The notes under the pieces were generated by a model. It saw only the letters and a list, made by a program, of their open reading frames with translations. It was not told the origin of the DNA and did not search any database. Below are positions 34,665 through 46,964 of a stretch of 64,000 bases of DNA, piece after piece (the stretch's first letter is position 1; each line of letters starts with the position of its first letter). The position numbers were made by a program, and so were the translations under genes. Source of the stretch: Candidatus Spongiisociaceae bacterium (lineage in GTDB: Bacteria; Actinomycetota; Acidimicrobiia; Spongiisociales; Spongiisociaceae); the NCBI GenBank assembly GCA_965262915.1, contig OZ253564.1, positions 1,760,001 to 1,824,000 on the forward strand, read 5' to 3'.

Positions 34665-36188
34665 ATGGGGAATCTCTGGCTCATCGGCATGATGGGCTCC
34701 GGAAAGACCACCGTGGGCAAGCGGGTGGCAAGGGTCCGCGGTATGCCATTCGCCGACGTGGATCAATTGGTGGAGGCGCGGACCGGGAAGCCGGTCATCG
34801 AGATCTTCCGCGAGGAAGGTGAAGGAGCCTACCGGCGGCTGGAGTCGGCCGAGATCGGACGCCTGGCGGCGGAGACGGCGGGACACGCCGGGGGTCGGGT
34901 GATCGCCACCGGCGGCGGAGCGGTGCTCGACGGCCGCAGCGTGGAGGCGATGCGCCGGACGGGCGTAGTGGTCTGGCTGGATGCTCCTCCGCCCTCGCTG
35001 GCGCGCCGGGTGGGGGAGGAACGGCCCCTGCTGGTCGGCTCGGATGTCTCCAACCGTCTGGCGGAGATCCTCGACCGCCGCCGCCCGTTGTACGGAACCG
35101 CGGCCCATTTCACCCTCGACGCCGACCGCCCCGCCGCCATGGTGAGCGATGATGCCTCCGGCTACGCCCGGGTGGCGGTGGGGAGTTCATCGGAGGTCCT
35201 GGTCGGGCCCGACCTGCCCGTACGGATACTTCCCGCCTCGACCGCACGCGAGCAGGCCGTGGTCATCGCCCAGCCGGGCGCCATGCCCGTAGCTCGCCGA
35301 ATCATGGCGAGGTTGGAGGCGGAGGCCTGCACGACGCTCATCGAAGTTCCCGATCGCGAGGAGGCCAAGACGCTCGCCACGCTGAGGATGCTCTACGACC
35401 GTCTGGCGGAGCTCAATCTCGGTCGCCATGACACCGTCGTCGGGGTCGGGGGAGGGGCCACCACGGATGTGGCCGGCTTCGCCGCCGCGACCTGGCTCAG
35501 AGGCATCGAGTGTGTCCTCGTTCCGACCACCCTGCTGGGAGCGGTGGACGCATCAATCGGAGGCAAGACCGGCATCAACGTACTCGGTAAGAACCTGGTG
35601 GGCGCCTTCTGGCATCCGGCCCGGGTGGTCATCAGCACCGACGTCCTGGCCGGGCTTCCCGAGGAGCTGCTGCGAGAGGGTTCCGCGGAAGCGGTCAAGG
35701 CCGGGTTCATCTCCGATCACCGGCTGGTCGACATCTTCATGGTGCACGGGCTGTCCTTCCCGATGGCCGAGGTGGTCAGGAGGGCGGTGACCGTCAAGGC
35801 CGCCGTGGTCTCGGGTGACTTCCGCGAGACGGGGAACAGGGCGATACTCAACTTCGGGCACACGATCGGCCACGGTGTGGAGGTGGTGTGCGGGCTGCCC
35901 CACGGCTACGCCGTCTCGGTGGGCATGGCGGCTGCGGCGGCCATCTCGGCGGAGCGGTACGGGCTCGACGCGAGCGTCGTTCTGGATGCTCTCGGGAGGC
36001 TCGGCCTGCCGACCCGGGTCGGGCAAGCCGACCGGGCCTCCGTGCGGCGGTTGATCTCGCGTGACAAGAAGCGCACCTCGGACGGACTGCGCATGGTCCT
36101 GCTGCGGCGGATCGGAGAACCCGTCGTGGAGTTGGTGGACGAGTCGGCCCTGGGAACCGGCCTCGACGCGGTCGGGGTGACCGGCTGA
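34665..36188 (+). CDS. aroKB: Fused shikimate kinase / 3-dehydroquinate synthase (AroK-AroB)
   Basis: GMMGSGKTT and ATGGG, then GGG..TDVAGFAAATWLRG, PTTLL, GGKTG, LNFGHT. Confidence 0.93.
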   Translation: MGNLWLIGMMGSGKTTVGKRVARVRGMPFADVDQLVEARTGKPVIEIFREEGEGAYRRLESAEIGRLAAETAGHAGGRVIATGGGAVLDGRSVEAMRRTGVVVWLDAPPPSLARRVGEERPLLVGSDVSNRLAEILDRRRPLYGTAAHFTLDADRPAAMVSDDASGYARVAVGSSSEVLVGPDLPVRILPASTAREQAVVIAQPGAMPVARRIMARLEAEACTTLIEVPDREEAKTLATLRMLYDRLAELNLGRHDTVVGVGGGATTDVAGFAAATWLRGIECVLVPTTLLGAVDASIGGKTGINVLGKNLVGAFWHPARVVISTDVLAGLPEELLREGSAEAVKAGFISDHRLVDIFMVHGLSFPMAEVVRRAVTVKAAVVSGDFRETGNRAILNFGHTIGHGVEVVCGLPHGYAVSVGMAAAAAISAERYGLDASVVLDALGRLGLPTRVGQADRASVRRLISRDKKRTSDGLRMVLLRRIGEPVVELVDESALGTGLDAVGVTG

Positions 36189-36212
36189 CGGCCGCTGCTG
36201 TACAATCCGCCC

Positions 36213-36770
36213 ATGGTCTCCACCAACGATGTCAAGTCGGGAATGGCGCTGGATCTACCGGACGGGCTGTTCCAGATCATCGAACACCAGCATGTGAAAC
36301 CCGGCAAGGGCAGGGCCTTCGTCCGGATGAAGCTCAAGAACCTGATGTCCGGGGCGGTGGTCGACCGTACCTTCCGCGCCGACGAGCACGTACCGCAGGC
36401 CATCATCGACCGGCGGGACCACCAGTACCTCTACCGGGACCACTTCGGCTACCACTTCATGAACCTGGAGACCTATGCGCAGTTCGCGCTGTCGGAGGAG
36501 GAGGTCGGGGAGGCGCGGCGCTACATCACCGAGGGTTCCACCGTGATGCTCCCCCTCTACCGTGACCATCCCATCGGCGTTGAGCTGGCGGCTTCGGTCC
36601 GGCTCGAGGTCACGGGCGCCGAGCCTGCGGTCAGGGGCGACCGCGTCTCGGGTGCAACCAAGCCGGTGACGCTTGAGACCGGCCTGGTCGTTCAGGCGCC
36701 GCTCTTCATAGAAGCCGGTGACACCATCAAGGTCGACACCCGTTCCGGTACGTACATCTCCCGCGCCTGA
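36213..36770 (+). CDS. efp: Elongation factor P
   Basis: HVKPGKG, LETGLVVQAPLFI, VDTRSG. Confidence 0.97.
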   Translation: MVSTNDVKSGMALDLPDGLFQIIEHQHVKPGKGRAFVRMKLKNLMSGAVVDRTFRADEHVPQAIIDRRDHQYLYRDHFGYHFMNLETYAQFALSEEEVGEARRYITEGSTVMLPLYRDHPIGVELAASVRLEVTGAEPAVRGDRVSGATKPVTLETGLVVQAPLFIEAGDTIKVDTRSGTYISRA

Positions 36771-36800
36771 CGGGGCCGGAATGTCGCCGGGTCTCCGCAC

Positions 36801-37190
36801 ATGACCGTTCGTGAGCCGCGGACTCGGGCCCTCGAAGCTCTTTACCAGGCCGACCTGCGCGAGCTTGCGGAACCGGCCGAGGGCTTGGGTGGCCGCGCCC
36901 GACGTTACGTGGAGGGCGTTTGGAAGGACCGCGAGCACTTGGACCGCCGGCTCGAATCCGTATCGGAGCGCTGGCCGGTACGTCGCATGCCCGCGGTGGA
37001 TCGGGCAATCCTGCGCCTGGGTCTGTACGAACTCCTCTACGAGCCGACCCCGACCGCGGTGGTGATCGACGAGGCGGTGGAACTCGCCAAGCGGTACTCC
37101 ACGAGGCGCAGCGGCGCCTTCGTCAACGGGATCCTGGCCACCCTGGCAGCGCAGGCCCGGCCGGACGATTTTCCTTCCAAGGAAGCGTGA
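36801..37190 (+). CDS. nusB: Transcription antitermination factor NusB
   Basis: DRAILRLG, EAVELAK, FVNGIL. Confidence 0.95.
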   Translation: MTVREPRTRALEALYQADLRELAEPAEGLGGRARRYVEGVWKDREHLDRRLESVSERWPVRRMPAVDRAILRLGLYELLYEPTPTAVVIDEAVELAKRYSTRRSGAFVNGILATLAAQARPDDFPSKEA

Positions 37191-37306
37191 GCTCATGGGC
37201 CGCTGCGTGTAGCAACGCCCAACCGGATAGCTCACGTTCCATCCCAAGATGCTATCCTAGATTCGAGTAAGGCAGGGTAAATGAAGCTCCCGACTATCCG
37301 AACCCT

Positions 37307-37939
37307 ATGACTGTGTCTGAGTCTTCTGACCCAGGAGGCTTCGAAGGTACGGCCTATCCTCAGCCAGCCCGGCTAGGTAGGCGGCTACTGGCTCGAATCA
37401 TCGACTGGATATCGTATTCGATAGTTGGTTTTTGTCTCGTGTTATCTTCGACTATATGGCTGGGTTTATTGACAGGTTTTGTCGGTATGGGTGGTTGGGA
37501 TACAAAACCTGGCGTTGCGTTGATCTGGATCGAGAATCTTACACTACCTGACTCTGTACGGTTGGTGCCGGTCTATTTCTCATACTTGATTGTTGTCAGC
37601 GGCTTGGCGGTGGTATTCCTTTACGAACTACCGCTCACCGCCGTTCGAGGGCAGACGGTCGGGAAGATGCTGACCGATGTCAGAGTAGCCCGTGTCGAGG
37701 ATGAAGGTACTCCCGGATGGGGACCATCTTGTATCAGGTGGGCGGTGCTCTACATTCCTCTGTTGGTCCCTTTCGGACCGCTACTAACTGTTCTGGTGGC
37801 TATTTCACCGATATTCGATGCTAGTCGTCGAGGATGGCACGATAAGATCGCCGGTACGATCGTTGTTGATAGATCTTCAAGGCAAGGCCGAGGAGCTCTG
37901 AACGGAGCCGGGGACCGAGAGGTAGCTGATCTTGTCTAA
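37307..37939 (+). CDS. RDD-family membrane protein
   Basis: RRLLARIID, GQTVGKML, RGWHDKIAGT. Confidence 0.88.
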   Translation: MTVSESSDPGGFEGTAYPQPARLGRRLLARIIDWISYSIVGFCLVLSSTIWLGLLTGFVGMGGWDTKPGVALIWIENLTLPDSVRLVPVYFSYLIVVSGLAVVFLYELPLTAVRGQTVGKMLTDVRVARVEDEGTPGWGPSCIRWAVLYIPLLVPFGPLLTVLVAISPIFDASRRGWHDKIAGTIVVDRSSRQGRGALNGAGDREVADLV

Positions 37940-38594
37940 GTCTTCTGGTTGCGAGGAGTTGTCGGATAGTAGTCGCTGTCCTACGGCCGGTTTGTGTAGG
38001 CGGCTACTGGCCCGATTCATCGACTGGATAGTATACGGAATATTAGGCTTTGGCCTCACATACTCATTAGTAATGGGGCTGGTATACGCCGGACCAGCGT
38101 ATACCGGTATGGGTAGCTGGAATGCAGATCGTTTAGGTACGACCATTATGATAGCAACGGACTTCAGCGGGATAGACACTTGGAAGTACAAGTTCCCGAG
38201 ATATATCATGATCGAAAACGTCGATATGTACGGTTTTCTCAATGGCTGGGTCCTCTTTTTCTTCTGGTACTTGATCCTTATTGTCGGTTTCCTGGCGATC
38301 TCTATCTACGAGCTGCCGCTGACGGCGGTTCGGGGACAGACGGTGGGGAAGATGCTGACCAACGTCAGAGTGGTGAGCGTGGAGGATGGTGGTGTTCCGG
38401 GGTGGGGGCGGTCCTGCGTGAGGTGGGCGGTGCTCTACCTGCCCCTACTGGTTCCTTTCGGGGTGCTGTTCACCCTTCTCGCGGGTGTTTCGCCACGGTT
38501 CGACGTCCGTCGCCGCGGGTGGCACGACAAGGTGGCCGGGACGATGGTCGTTCAGGTAACCCAGGAATCTGCTACCGTCCCCCGAAACCTTTAA
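37932..38594 (+). CDS. RDD-family membrane protein (tandem paralog)
   Basis: RRLLARFID, GQTVGKML, RGWHDKVAGT. Confidence 0.88.
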   Translation: MSKSSGCEELSDSSRCPTAGLCRRLLARFIDWIVYGILGFGLTYSLVMGLVYAGPAYTGMGSWNADRLGTTIMIATDFSGIDTWKYKFPRYIMIENVDMYGFLNGWVLFFFWYLILIVGFLAISIYELPLTAVRGQTVGKMLTNVRVVSVEDGGVPGWGRSCVRWAVLYLPLLVPFGVLFTLLAGVSPRFDVRRRGWHDKVAGTMVVQVTQESATVPRNL

Positions 38595-38618
38595 TCCGGT
38601 CCGGTGAGGCCGGGAAGG
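38588..38618 (+). promoter_or_regulatory. PyrR-binding RNA loop
   Basis: CCTTTAA-TCCGGTCCGGTGAGGCCGGGAAGG fits the CUUUAA...RGUCCNGNGAGGC...AAGG consensus; directly upstream of pyrR. Confidence 0.75.
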
Positions 38619-38730
38619 AGAACCGCATGCGCCTCCTCGAAGCGCCGAGGTCGGGGTACGACAGCCCCGCCCGGTGCCGCCCACCGCTTCCCCCCCGCCG
38701 CTCCGGTGGTCGCGCGCCCGGGAGGATTCC

Positions 38731-39306
38731 ATGCCGCTCGTGATGGCTGCGACCGATGTGAGGAGATCGGTGAGGAGGATGGCCCACGAGATCGTCGAAG
38801 GATCCAGGGGCGCCCTCCCGGTGCTGGTCGGGATACATACCAGGGGGGTACCGCTCGCCCGCCGTATCGCTTCTGCCATCACGAGTTTCGGCGGATCGCG
38901 GGTGCCGGTCGGAACTCTCGACATCGGCTTGCACCGGGACGACCTGGCCCGGCGGCCCACCGCCCCGCTGGCCGCTACCCGCCTGCCGGTGGACATCACC
39001 GACCGGACCGTGGTGCTGGTGGACGATGTTCTCTACACGGGCCGCACCGTCCGGGCGGCCCTCGATGCCCTCAACGACTTCGGCCGTCCGGCCCTGGTGA
39101 GGCTGGCGGTGCTGGTGGACAGGGGCCACCGGCAACTCCCCATCCGGCCCGACCATGTGGGCAAGAACCTGCCCACCTCTCCCATGGAGAGGGTCTCGGT
39201 GCGCCTGTCCGAAGTCGACGGAGGCGAGGACGGGGTCTGGATCCACACCGGACCGCGGCCGTCGGGTGGGCGTGCGGGCGGCGGAAGGAAGGAGGTCCGG
39301 ATATGA
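38731..39306 (+). CDS. pyrR: Pyrimidine regulator / uracil phosphoribosyltransferase
   Basis: [38 protein letters not shown]. Confidence 0.96.
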   Translation: MPLVMAATDVRRSVRRMAHEIVEGSRGALPVLVGIHTRGVPLARRIASAITSFGGSRVPVGTLDIGLHRDDLARRPTAPLAATRLPVDITDRTVVLVDDVLYTGRTVRAALDALNDFGRPALVRLAVLVDRGHRQLPIRPDHVGKNLPTSPMERVSVRLSEVDGGEDGVWIHTGPRPSGGRAGGGRKEVRI

Positions 39307-40211
39307 GTTTTCTAACTACCAGGGGCGTTCCCCGGAGGGACCTCGAGGAGATGCTCGACCTTGCGGACGAGTTCAACGAGGTGCTGGCCCGGCCCATCCC
39401 CAAGGTACCGGCCCTCCAGGGCAAGCTGGTGGCCAACCTGTTCTTCGAGAACTCGACCCGGACGCGACTGTCGTTCGAACGCGCCACCCGGGCTCTGTCG
39501 GCCGACGTCATGAGTTTCAGCGTGGGGTCTTCGTCCGTGGCGAAGGGCGAGAGCCTCAAGGACACCGCCCTAACCGTCGAGGCATTGGGCGCCGATCTGA
39601 TGGTGGTGCGCCACAAGGCCACCGGGGCGCCGTGGCGGATCGCCGGATGGACCGACTGCCCGGTCATCAACGCCGGTGACGGCGCCCACCAGCATCCCAC
39701 CCAGGCGATGCTGGACGCGCTCACACTAAGACAGCGGTTCGGCCATCTCGACGGGCTCCGGGTGGCCATAGTCGGCGACATCCGCCACTCGCGGGTTGCC
39801 CGCTCCAACGTCTTCGCCTTCACCACACTGGGTGCCCGGGTGGTCCTGGTAGCACCGCGGACCCTGCAGCCGGTGGTCACGGAGGGTTGGCCGGCGGACA
39901 CCGCCGACGACTTGGACGAGGTGCTGGGGGAAGTGGACGTGGTGTACCTGCTCCGCATCCAGGCGGAGCGAGGCGGCTTGTCGCTGTTCCCGTCCCTGCC
40001 CGAGTACGTGTCCCGCTACGGGATGACCCGGGAACGGTTCGACCGGCTGTCGCCCGAGGCGGTGGTGCTCCACCCGGGGCCGATGAACCGGGGTGTGGAG
40101 ATCGCCGATGCGGTGGCCGCTCATCCACGGGCCCTGATCCTCAACCAGGTCGCCAACGGCGTTGCCGTGCGGATGGCGGTGCTGTTCCGCCTGCTGGGCG
40201 GTAAGGGATGA
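39303..40211 (+). CDS. pyrB: Aspartate carbamoyltransferase catalytic subunit
   Basis: [25 protein letters not shown]. Confidence 0.97.
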   Translation: MSFLTTRGVPRRDLEEMLDLADEFNEVLARPIPKVPALQGKLVANLFFENSTRTRLSFERATRALSADVMSFSVGSSSVAKGESLKDTALTVEALGADLMVVRHKATGAPWRIAGWTDCPVINAGDGAHQHPTQAMLDALTLRQRFGHLDGLRVAIVGDIRHSRVARSNVFAFTTLGARVVLVAPRTLQPVVTEGWPADTADDLDEVLGEVDVVYLLRIQAERGGLSLFPSLPEYVSRYGMTRERFDRLSPEAVVLHPGPMNRGVEIADAVAAHPRALILNQVANGVAVRMAVLFRLLGGKG

Positions 40212-41554
40212 GCGCCATCCTGGTGGCCGGTGGCACGGTCCTCACCCCTTCGGGCGAGGTGCGGGCCGACGTGCGCCTGTCCGGTGATCGGGTGGTCGAG
40301 GTCGGTCCCGATCTGGCGCGCAACGGTACGGGCGCCGGCCATCGGGCCGACGACGAGGTCATCGACATCTCCGGTCGCGTGGTGGGTCCAGGGTTTGTCG
40401 ATCTCCACGCCCATCTGCGCGAGCCGGGCCAGGAGTGGAAAGAGGACATCACCTCGGGCTCGGCGGCGGCCGCCGCCGGCGGATTCACCGCGGTCGTAGC
40501 CATGCCCAACACCGATCCGCCGACCGACTCCGGGCATCTGGCCCGCTACATATCGGAGCGGGGAAGGCAGGTCGGCCTGGTGGAGGTGGCCCCGGCGGGA
40601 TGCATGACCGCCCGGATGGAAGGTTCCCGCCTCTCGCATCTCGACGAACTGTTCGCCGCCGGAGTGCGGGTGTTCACCGACGACGGCCTTACGGTGACCG
40701 ATGCGGGTTTGTTGCGAAGAGCCATGGAGTACCTCGAGTCCCGCGGAGGGGTGATCGCCCAGCATGCCGAGGACCCGGGGCTCAGCCGGGACGGCCACAT
40801 GCACGAGGGGGAGGTGTCCTCCCTGCTCGGGATGGCCGGGATCCCAGCCATCGCCGAGACAACTGTGGTGGCTCGCGATCTGGACTTGGCCGCACTCACC
40901 GGCGCCTCGTACCACGCGCAACACGTGAGCTGCGCGCAGACGGTCGAGTTGATCCGCGCCGCCAAGGAGAGAGGGGTGGCTGTGACCGCCGAGGTGACCC
41001 CCCACCATCTCTGGTTCTCCGAACGGCACGTGCTGTCGATGGACCCGGTGTTCAAGATGTACCCGCCGCTGCGTACCCCCTCGGATATCGAAGCCCTCGC
41101 CGACGGGCTGCGGGAAGGCGCGATCGATGCGGTGGCCACCGACCACGCCCCCCACGCCGCCCACGAGAAGGACGTTCCTTTCGAAGAGGCGCCGAAGGGG
41201 GTCATCGGGCTGGAGACCGCCTTCGCCGCGGTCCGCTCGGCGCTCGATCCGGACCCGCGCCTGCTGTTCCGGCGGATGTCGGTCGCCCCGGCCGCCATAG
41301 CCTCCCTCGAACGTCACGGTCGCTGGATAGAACCCGGAATCCCCGCCAATCTGGTGGTGGTCGATTGGGAAGAGGAGTGGGAACCACAGCGCTTCGTGTC
41401 GAAGTCGGCCAATTCGCTGTTCGCCGGGGTGCCGCTCACCGGGAGGGTCTGTTACACGTTCTACGAGGGCCGGGTCACCCACGACGGTGGTGCAAGGGCG
41501 GCGGGACTCGCCCACCGGGTCGGGACGGTAGCGATGACGGGGGGTGCCCCTTGA
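40208..41554 (+). CDS. pyrC: Dihydroorotase
   Basis: [25 protein letters not shown]. Confidence 0.96.
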   Translation: MSAILVAGGTVLTPSGEVRADVRLSGDRVVEVGPDLARNGTGAGHRADDEVIDISGRVVGPGFVDLHAHLREPGQEWKEDITSGSAAAAAGGFTAVVAMPNTDPPTDSGHLARYISERGRQVGLVEVAPAGCMTARMEGSRLSHLDELFAAGVRVFTDDGLTVTDAGLLRRAMEYLESRGGVIAQHAEDPGLSRDGHMHEGEVSSLLGMAGIPAIAETTVVARDLDLAALTGASYHAQHVSCAQTVELIRAAKERGVAVTAEVTPHHLWFSERHVLSMDPVFKMYPPLRTPSDIEALADGLREGAIDAVATDHAPHAAHEKDVPFEEAPKGVIGLETAFAAVRSALDPDPRLLFRRMSVAPAAIASLERHGRWIEPGIPANLVVVDWEEEWEPQRFVSKSANSLFAGVPLTGRVCYTFYEGRVTHDGGARAAGLAHRVGTVAMTGGAP

Positions 41555-42717
41555 GGAAGGGGATCCTGGTCACCGCCGACGGGGAGGTCTTCGAGGGCCG
41601 GTCGGTGGGCGCCGACGGAATCCGGGTCGGGGAGGCGGTGTTCAACACCTCGATGACCGGTTACCAGGAGGTTCTCTCGGACCCCTCCTATGCCGGGCAG
41701 GTGGTGGTGATGACCTCTCCCCACATCGGCAACTACGGCGTGAGCGACCACGACGATCAGGCAACGGCCCCGGCGGCCCGCGGGCTGATCGTGCGATCCC
41801 TGTCCCGCAGCCATTCCAACTGGCGGGCCGAGGGCAGCCTGGCCGCCTACCTGGTGTCCCATGACCTGGTCGCCGTCGCCGATCTGGACACCCGGCGCCT
41901 TACCCGCCACCTCCGCGACAACGGGGCCATGCCGGTGGCTGTCGGCACCGATACAGACGTTGGGGAACTGTCCGAGCTGGCGGCCTCGGCGCCCCGCATG
42001 GAGGGGCAGGATCTGGCGACCGGGGTGACCACGCCCGTTCCATACCGGATCGATCCCGGAATAGCGCCGGTAGGGCGGGTAGTGGCCGTGGACCTGGGTA
42101 TGAAGCGCGACATCGGCCGCCAACTGGCCGCCAGGGGCCTCGAGGTGCACGTCCTACCGGCCACATGCAGTGCGGACCACATACTCGAGCGGGGTCCCGA
42201 CGGCATATTCCTCTCCAACGGTCCCGGGGACCCCGACGCGCTGACCGATCAGATCGCCGCGGTGCGCGGTGTTCTGGGCAGGGCACCGGTGTTCGGAATC
42301 TGCCTGGGCCACCAGGTCCTCGGCCTGGCGCTGGGCGCGGCCACCTTCAAGCTTCCGTTCGGCCATCACGGCGGCAACCACCCGGTAAGGCGCTTGGCGG
42401 ACGGGCGGGTGGAGATCACAGCCCAGAACCATGGCTTTGCGGTCGATCTGTGGTCCTTGACCGATCGCGAGCCGCCGGTCGCAACCGGCCTGGCCGGTCC
42501 CGAACTCCTGCCCGGGCGGGTGACCGGTGATTTCGGCGAGATGGCCCCCTCCCACCAGAACCTCAACGATGGGACGCTCGAAGGGCTGCGGTGCCTGGAC
42601 ATCCCGGCCTTCTCCGTCCAGTACCACCCCGAGGCAGCCCCCGGACCCCACGACGCCATGGGCCTGTTCGACGACTTCATGGAACTGATGGGGCTAGCCA
42701 CTCCCGGTGCTCCGTGA
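41551..42717 (+). CDS. carA: Carbamoyl-phosphate synthase small subunit
   Basis: [30 protein letters not shown]; TTG start. Confidence 0.96.
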   Translation: MRKGILVTADGEVFEGRSVGADGIRVGEAVFNTSMTGYQEVLSDPSYAGQVVVMTSPHIGNYGVSDHDDQATAPAARGLIVRSLSRSHSNWRAEGSLAAYLVSHDLVAVADLDTRRLTRHLRDNGAMPVAVGTDTDVGELSELAASAPRMEGQDLATGVTTPVPYRIDPGIAPVGRVVAVDLGMKRDIGRQLAARGLEVHVLPATCSADHILERGPDGIFLSNGPGDPDALTDQIAAVRGVLGRAPVFGICLGHQVLGLALGAATFKLPFGHHGGNHPVRRLADGRVEITAQNHGFAVDLWSLTDREPPVATGLAGPELLPGRVTGDFGEMAPSHQNLNDGTLEGLRCLDIPAFSVQYHPEAAPGPHDAMGLFDDFMELMGLATPGAP

Positions 42718-45700
42718 TGCCGAGACGGACCGATATCCGCAGCATCCTCTTGATCGGGTCGGGCCCCATCGTGATCGGCCAGGCCTCCGAGTTCGACTAT
42801 TCCGGCACCCAGGCCGCCAAAGTGCTCAGAGCGGAGGGGTACCGGGTGGTGCTGGTCAACTCCAACCCGGCCACCATCATGACCGATCCCGAGTTCGCCG
42901 ACGCCACCTACCTCGAACCCATCACCCCTGAGATCGTCGAGAGGATCATCGAGCGCGAGGCCCCCGACGCGCTGCTTCCCACTCTGGGGGGGCAGACGGC
43001 TCTCAACGTCACGGCCGCACTGGCCCGGTCGGGTGTCCTCGATGCCCACGGCGTGGAGTTGATCGGGGCCGGTTTCGACGCCATCGAGCGGGCCGAGGAC
43101 AGGGGACTCTTCAAGGAGACGATGGCTGCCGTGGGAATCGAGTCGCCCCGGTCGCACTATGCCCGTTCGATGGAGGAGGCATTGGATGCGGCCGGGGACC
43201 TCGGCTACCCGCTCATGGTGCGGCCCTCGTTCATCCTGGGAGGGGGTGGGACCGGCATAGCAATGGACGAGGAGGCATTCCTCGGGATCGCCCGCCGGGG
43301 TCTCGACGCCTCGCCGGTAGGCGAGATACTGGTGGAGGAGTCGGTTGCCGGATGGAAGGAGTTCGAGCTCGAGGTGATGGCCGACCGCAACGGCAATGCG
43401 GTCATCGTCTGCTCGATCGAGAACCTGGATCCCATGGGGATCCACACCGGGGACTCGATTACGGTGGCGCCCATCCAGACCCTCTCCGATCGGGAATACC
43501 AGGAGATGCGGGACGATGCCATCACCTGCCTCCGGGCGATCGGAGTGCAGACCGGCGGCTCCAATGTACAGTTCGCCGTGGATCCCGCCACCGGGCGCCG
43601 GCTCATCATCGAGATGAACCCCCGGGTGTCCAGATCCTCTGCCTTGGCGTCCAAGGCCACCGGATTCCCCATCGCCAAGATCGCCGCCCTCCTGGCGGTG
43701 GGATACGCGCTGGACGAGATCGCCAACGACATAACGGGGGCCACCCCTGCCTGTTTCGAGCCGGTGCTTGATTACACGGTCGTCAAGGTCCCTCGTTTCG
43801 ACTTCGCCAAGTTTCCCGCCACACCCGACCGGCTCGGCACTTCGATGCGGTCGGTAGGAGAGGCGATGGCGATAGGACGTACCTTTCCCGAAGCGCTCCA
43901 GAAGGCTCTGCGAAGCCTGGAGACCGGCCGCTACGGGCTTAACGCCGACCCCGGCGAGAGGGCTGTGCGCCGGATGTCCGACGACCAGCTGGCCGTGTCG
44001 GTGGGGGTCCCCAGCTCGGGGAGGATCTTTGCGGTGGGGGAGGCGCTCCGGCGCGGCCGGAGCATCGAGGAACTGGCCCGGGCCACGGGCATCGATCCGT
44101 GGTTTCTCGATCAGATGGGGGAGGTCTGCGAGGTGCGGTCCAAGTTGGAGCAGGCCCGGGCGCCTGAGACCGCCCTGGTTCTCGAAGCAAAAAGGATAGG
44201 GTTCTCCGACGCCCAACTCTCCTACCTGTGGGGGCTCCCGGAAACCGAGATCAGGGAGTTCCGCCGTGCGGAAGGGATCCGCCCCACCTACAAGCGAGTC
44301 GACACCTGCGCCGCCGAGTTCGTGGCGCGAACCCCCTACTTCTACTCCACCTACGAGGATGAGAGCGAGGTGGAGGGCTCCGAGCGGCCCCGGGTGGTGA
44401 TCCTCGGTTCCGGTCCCAACCGGATCGGCCAGGGGATCGAATTCGACTATTGCTGCGTGCACGCTTCGTTCTCCCTCAAGGAGGCCGGTTACGAGACCGT
44501 CATGGTCAACTGCAATCCGGAGACGGTGTCCACCGACTACGACACCTCCGACCGCCTCTATTTCGAACCCCTCACCGTCGAGGACGTGCTGGAGATATGC
44601 GAGGCCGAGAACCCGGTGGCGGTGGTGGTGCAGCTCGGTGGCCAGACTCCGCTCAACCTGGCCCGGCGGTTGGAGAGCCAAGGGGTGCCGATAGCCGGAA
44701 CGGCACCCGACCGTATCGACGAAGCGGAGGACCGGGAGCGTTTCTCGGCGCTGTGCCGCAAGTTGGGCATCGCCCAGCCACCACACGGGACGGCCACCAG
44801 CGCTGCGGAGGCCCGCGGGGTGGTGGAACGGATCGGGCTTCCCGCCCTGGTGCGGCCGTCCTACGTTCTGGGGGGAAGGGCCATGCGGGTCGTGTACTCC
44901 CAGCGGGAGCTGGGTGATTACCTGGACGACCTGTACGGGACGGACCAGCAGGCAGGCCTGGAGATGCTGGCCGCCCCGGTGCTCATAGACCGGTTCCTCG
45001 AAGCGGCTGTGGAGGTGGACGTGGACGCCATCTACGACGGCCGCGAGATGCTCGTCGGGGGGGTGATGGAGCATGTGGAGGAGGCGGGGGTCCACTCCGG
45101 AGATTCGGCGTGCGTGACCCCGCCCCCCACGATCAGCGATTTGGCCCGCAAGGCCATAGTCGGCGCCACCGGGGACCTGGCGGAGGCGTTGGAGGTGAGG
45201 GGACTGGTCAATATCCAGTTCGCGGTGAAGGGCGACGAGGTGTTCCTGCTGGAGGCCAATCCCCGCGGGTCACGAACCGTTCCGTTCATCTCCAAGGCTT
45301 CCGGGATCCCCCTCGCCAAGCTCGCCTCCAGGGTGATGGTCGGCACGACGCTGGAACAACTGAGGGAAGAGGGAAGGTACACGGACCCCGGAGAGCGCAG
45401 CTTCGTGGCGGTCAAGGAGGCGGTCCTCCCCTGGGACCGTTTCCCCGAGGAGGACACCATCCTGGGGCCCGAGATGCGGGCCACCGGCGAGGTGATGGGG
45501 ATCGGTCGGGGAGCCGGGGTCGCGTACGCCAAGGCGATGATGGCGGCGGGGAGCGCCATACCGGTCTCGGGCACCGTCTTCCTGTCCTTCGCCGATCGTG
45601 ACAAACCGGCCGGTGGCAGGGTGGCCGAAGCGCTGGAGGGTCTGGGATTCCGGCTGCTGGCCTCGCCCGGCACCGCTGATTTCCTGCGCCGGAAGGGGGT

Positions 45701-45962
45701 GATGGCGGAGACTGTACACAAGGTGGGGGAGGGTCCGAACGACACCGTGGAGCGGATCGAGACGGGCGAGATGGACATGGTCATCAACACCCCGCAGGGA
45801 CGCCGAGCCCGCGGGGACGGCAGGTTGATGAGGCGGGCGGCTTCGTCCCGCGGCGTGCCCATCGTGACCACCGTGGCCGGTGCCGAGGCGGTGATCCGCA
45901 GCCTCCGCGGATCGCCGGAAGCGGTATACGAAGTGTGCAGCCTCCAGGATTGGCACCGGTGA
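42717..45962 (+). CDS. carB: Carbamoyl-phosphate synthase large subunit
   Basis: [40 protein letters not shown]. Confidence 0.98.
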   Translation: MPRRTDIRSILLIGSGPIVIGQASEFDYSGTQAAKVLRAEGYRVVLVNSNPATIMTDPEFADATYLEPITPEIVERIIEREAPDALLPTLGGQTALNVTAALARSGVLDAHGVELIGAGFDAIERAEDRGLFKETMAAVGIESPRSHYARSMEEALDAAGDLGYPLMVRPSFILGGGGTGIAMDEEAFLGIARRGLDASPVGEILVEESVAGWKEFELEVMADRNGNAVIVCSIENLDPMGIHTGDSITVAPIQTLSDREYQEMRDDAITCLRAIGVQTGGSNVQFAVDPATGRRLIIEMNPRVSRSSALASKATGFPIAKIAALLAVGYALDEIANDITGATPACFEPVLDYTVVKVPRFDFAKFPATPDRLGTSMRSVGEAMAIGRTFPEALQKALRSLETGRYGLNADPGERAVRRMSDDQLAVSVGVPSSGRIFAVGEALRRGRSIEELARATGIDPWFLDQMGEVCEVRSKLEQARAPETALVLEAKRIGFSDAQLSYLWGLPETEIREFRRAEGIRPTYKRVDTCAAEFVARTPYFYSTYEDESEVEGSERPRVVILGSGPNRIGQGIEFDYCCVHASFSLKEAGYETVMVNCNPETVSTDYDTSDRLYFEPLTVEDVLEICEAENPVAVVVQLGGQTPLNLARRLESQGVPIAGTAPDRIDEAEDRERFSALCRKLGIAQPPHGTATSAAEARGVVERIGLPALVRPSYVLGGRAMRVVYSQRELGDYLDDLYGTDQQAGLEMLAAPVLIDRFLEAAVEVDVDAIYDGREMLVGGVMEHVEEAGVHSGDSACVTPPPTISDLARKAIVGATGDLAEALEVRGLVNIQFAVKGDEVFLLEANPRGSRTVPFISKASGIPLAKLASRVMVGTTLEQLREEGRYTDPGERSFVAVKEAVLPWDRFPEEDTILGPEMRATGEVMGIGRGAGVAYAKAMMAAGSAIPVSGTVFLSFADRDKPAGGRVAEALEGLGFRLLASPGTADFLRRKGVMAETVHKVGEGPNDTVERIETGEMDMVINTPQGRRARGDGRLMRRAASSRGVPIVTTVAGAEAVIRSLRGSPEAVYEVCSLQDWHR

Positions 45963-46870
45963 TCGACCGCTCGGTCGTGCTCGGGTCCGTGGCGCTCCGG
46001 TCGCCGTTGATCGGAGCTTCGGGAACGGTTGGTTCGGCAGTCGACTTCATGCCTGTCGCCCGACCCGAGTACTACGGGGCGCTGGTCGCCAAGTCGGTGG
46101 CGCCCGAGCCTTGGAGCGGTAACCCGGCCCCGCGCCTGGCGCCGGCCGGGGTGGGGATGCTCAACGCGATCGGCATCCAGAATCCGGGAATCGACGCCTG
46201 GGTGGCCGAGTTCGGCACCAGGTTGAGCGGGATCGGTGTACCGGTATGGGGTTCGGCCGTCGGCCACACCCCTGCCGGGTACGCCCTCGTGGCAAAGGGC
46301 CTCGAGGAGGCCGGGGTGGAGGCGGTGGAGGTCAACCTCTCGTGTCCCAACCTCGATGGCCATGGTCTGATCGCCCTGGATGCGGCGGCCTCTGCCCGGG
46401 TCGTCGAGGCGGTCCGGCAGATCACCTCGTTGCCGGTCTCCGCCAAGCTCTCGCCCAACGCGTCCGACATCGTGGCGGTGGCGCGGGCGGTGTGGGATGC
46501 GGGGGCGGACTGGGTGGTCCTGACCAACACGGCATGGGGGGCGGGGATCGATATCGAGACCCGCCGGCCGCGTCTCTCGACGGTGACGGGCGGATACTCG
46601 GGACCTCCCCTCAAGCCCATAGCGTTGAGGTGCGTTGCCGAGGTGACGGCTGCTTTGCCCGGGCTACCGGTTGTGGGGTGCGGGGGAGTAACCAGGGGCA
46701 CCGACGTGGTCGAGTTCCTCATGGCGGGAGCGGCGGCGGTGGCGATCGGGACGGTCCACTTCTCCGAGCCCCGTGCCGCGCGACGGATAGACCGGGAGTT
46801 GGCCCGATGGTGCCGATCGCACGGCGTGGACCGGCTGTCCGACCTCGTGGGAGCCATGATCCGGGCGTGA
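45959..46870 (+). CDS. pyrD: Dihydroorotate dehydrogenase (class 1)
   Basis: ASGT, NLSCPN, KLSPN, GGYSG. Confidence 0.93.
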   Translation: MIDRSVVLGSVALRSPLIGASGTVGSAVDFMPVARPEYYGALVAKSVAPEPWSGNPAPRLAPAGVGMLNAIGIQNPGIDAWVAEFGTRLSGIGVPVWGSAVGHTPAGYALVAKGLEEAGVEAVEVNLSCPNLDGHGLIALDAAASARVVEAVRQITSLPVSAKLSPNASDIVAVARAVWDAGADWVVLTNTAWGAGIDIETRRPRLSTVTGGYSGPPLKPIALRCVAEVTAALPGLPVVGCGGVTRGTDVVEFLMAGAAAVAIGTVHFSEPRAARRIDRELARWCRSHGVDRLSDLVGAMIRA

Positions 46871-46964
46871 CTCCCGCGCCACCGCCCCGGGTTTGTGTGT
46901 CTCCGCTCGACTGCGGCATCATTGCGGCGAACAGATAACGTCGTGGACATGAGGCGGGGGCATC

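Noticed and set aside
34665-36188. AroK-AroB fusion as a novelty
   Set aside because: A known fusion in several bacterial lineages.
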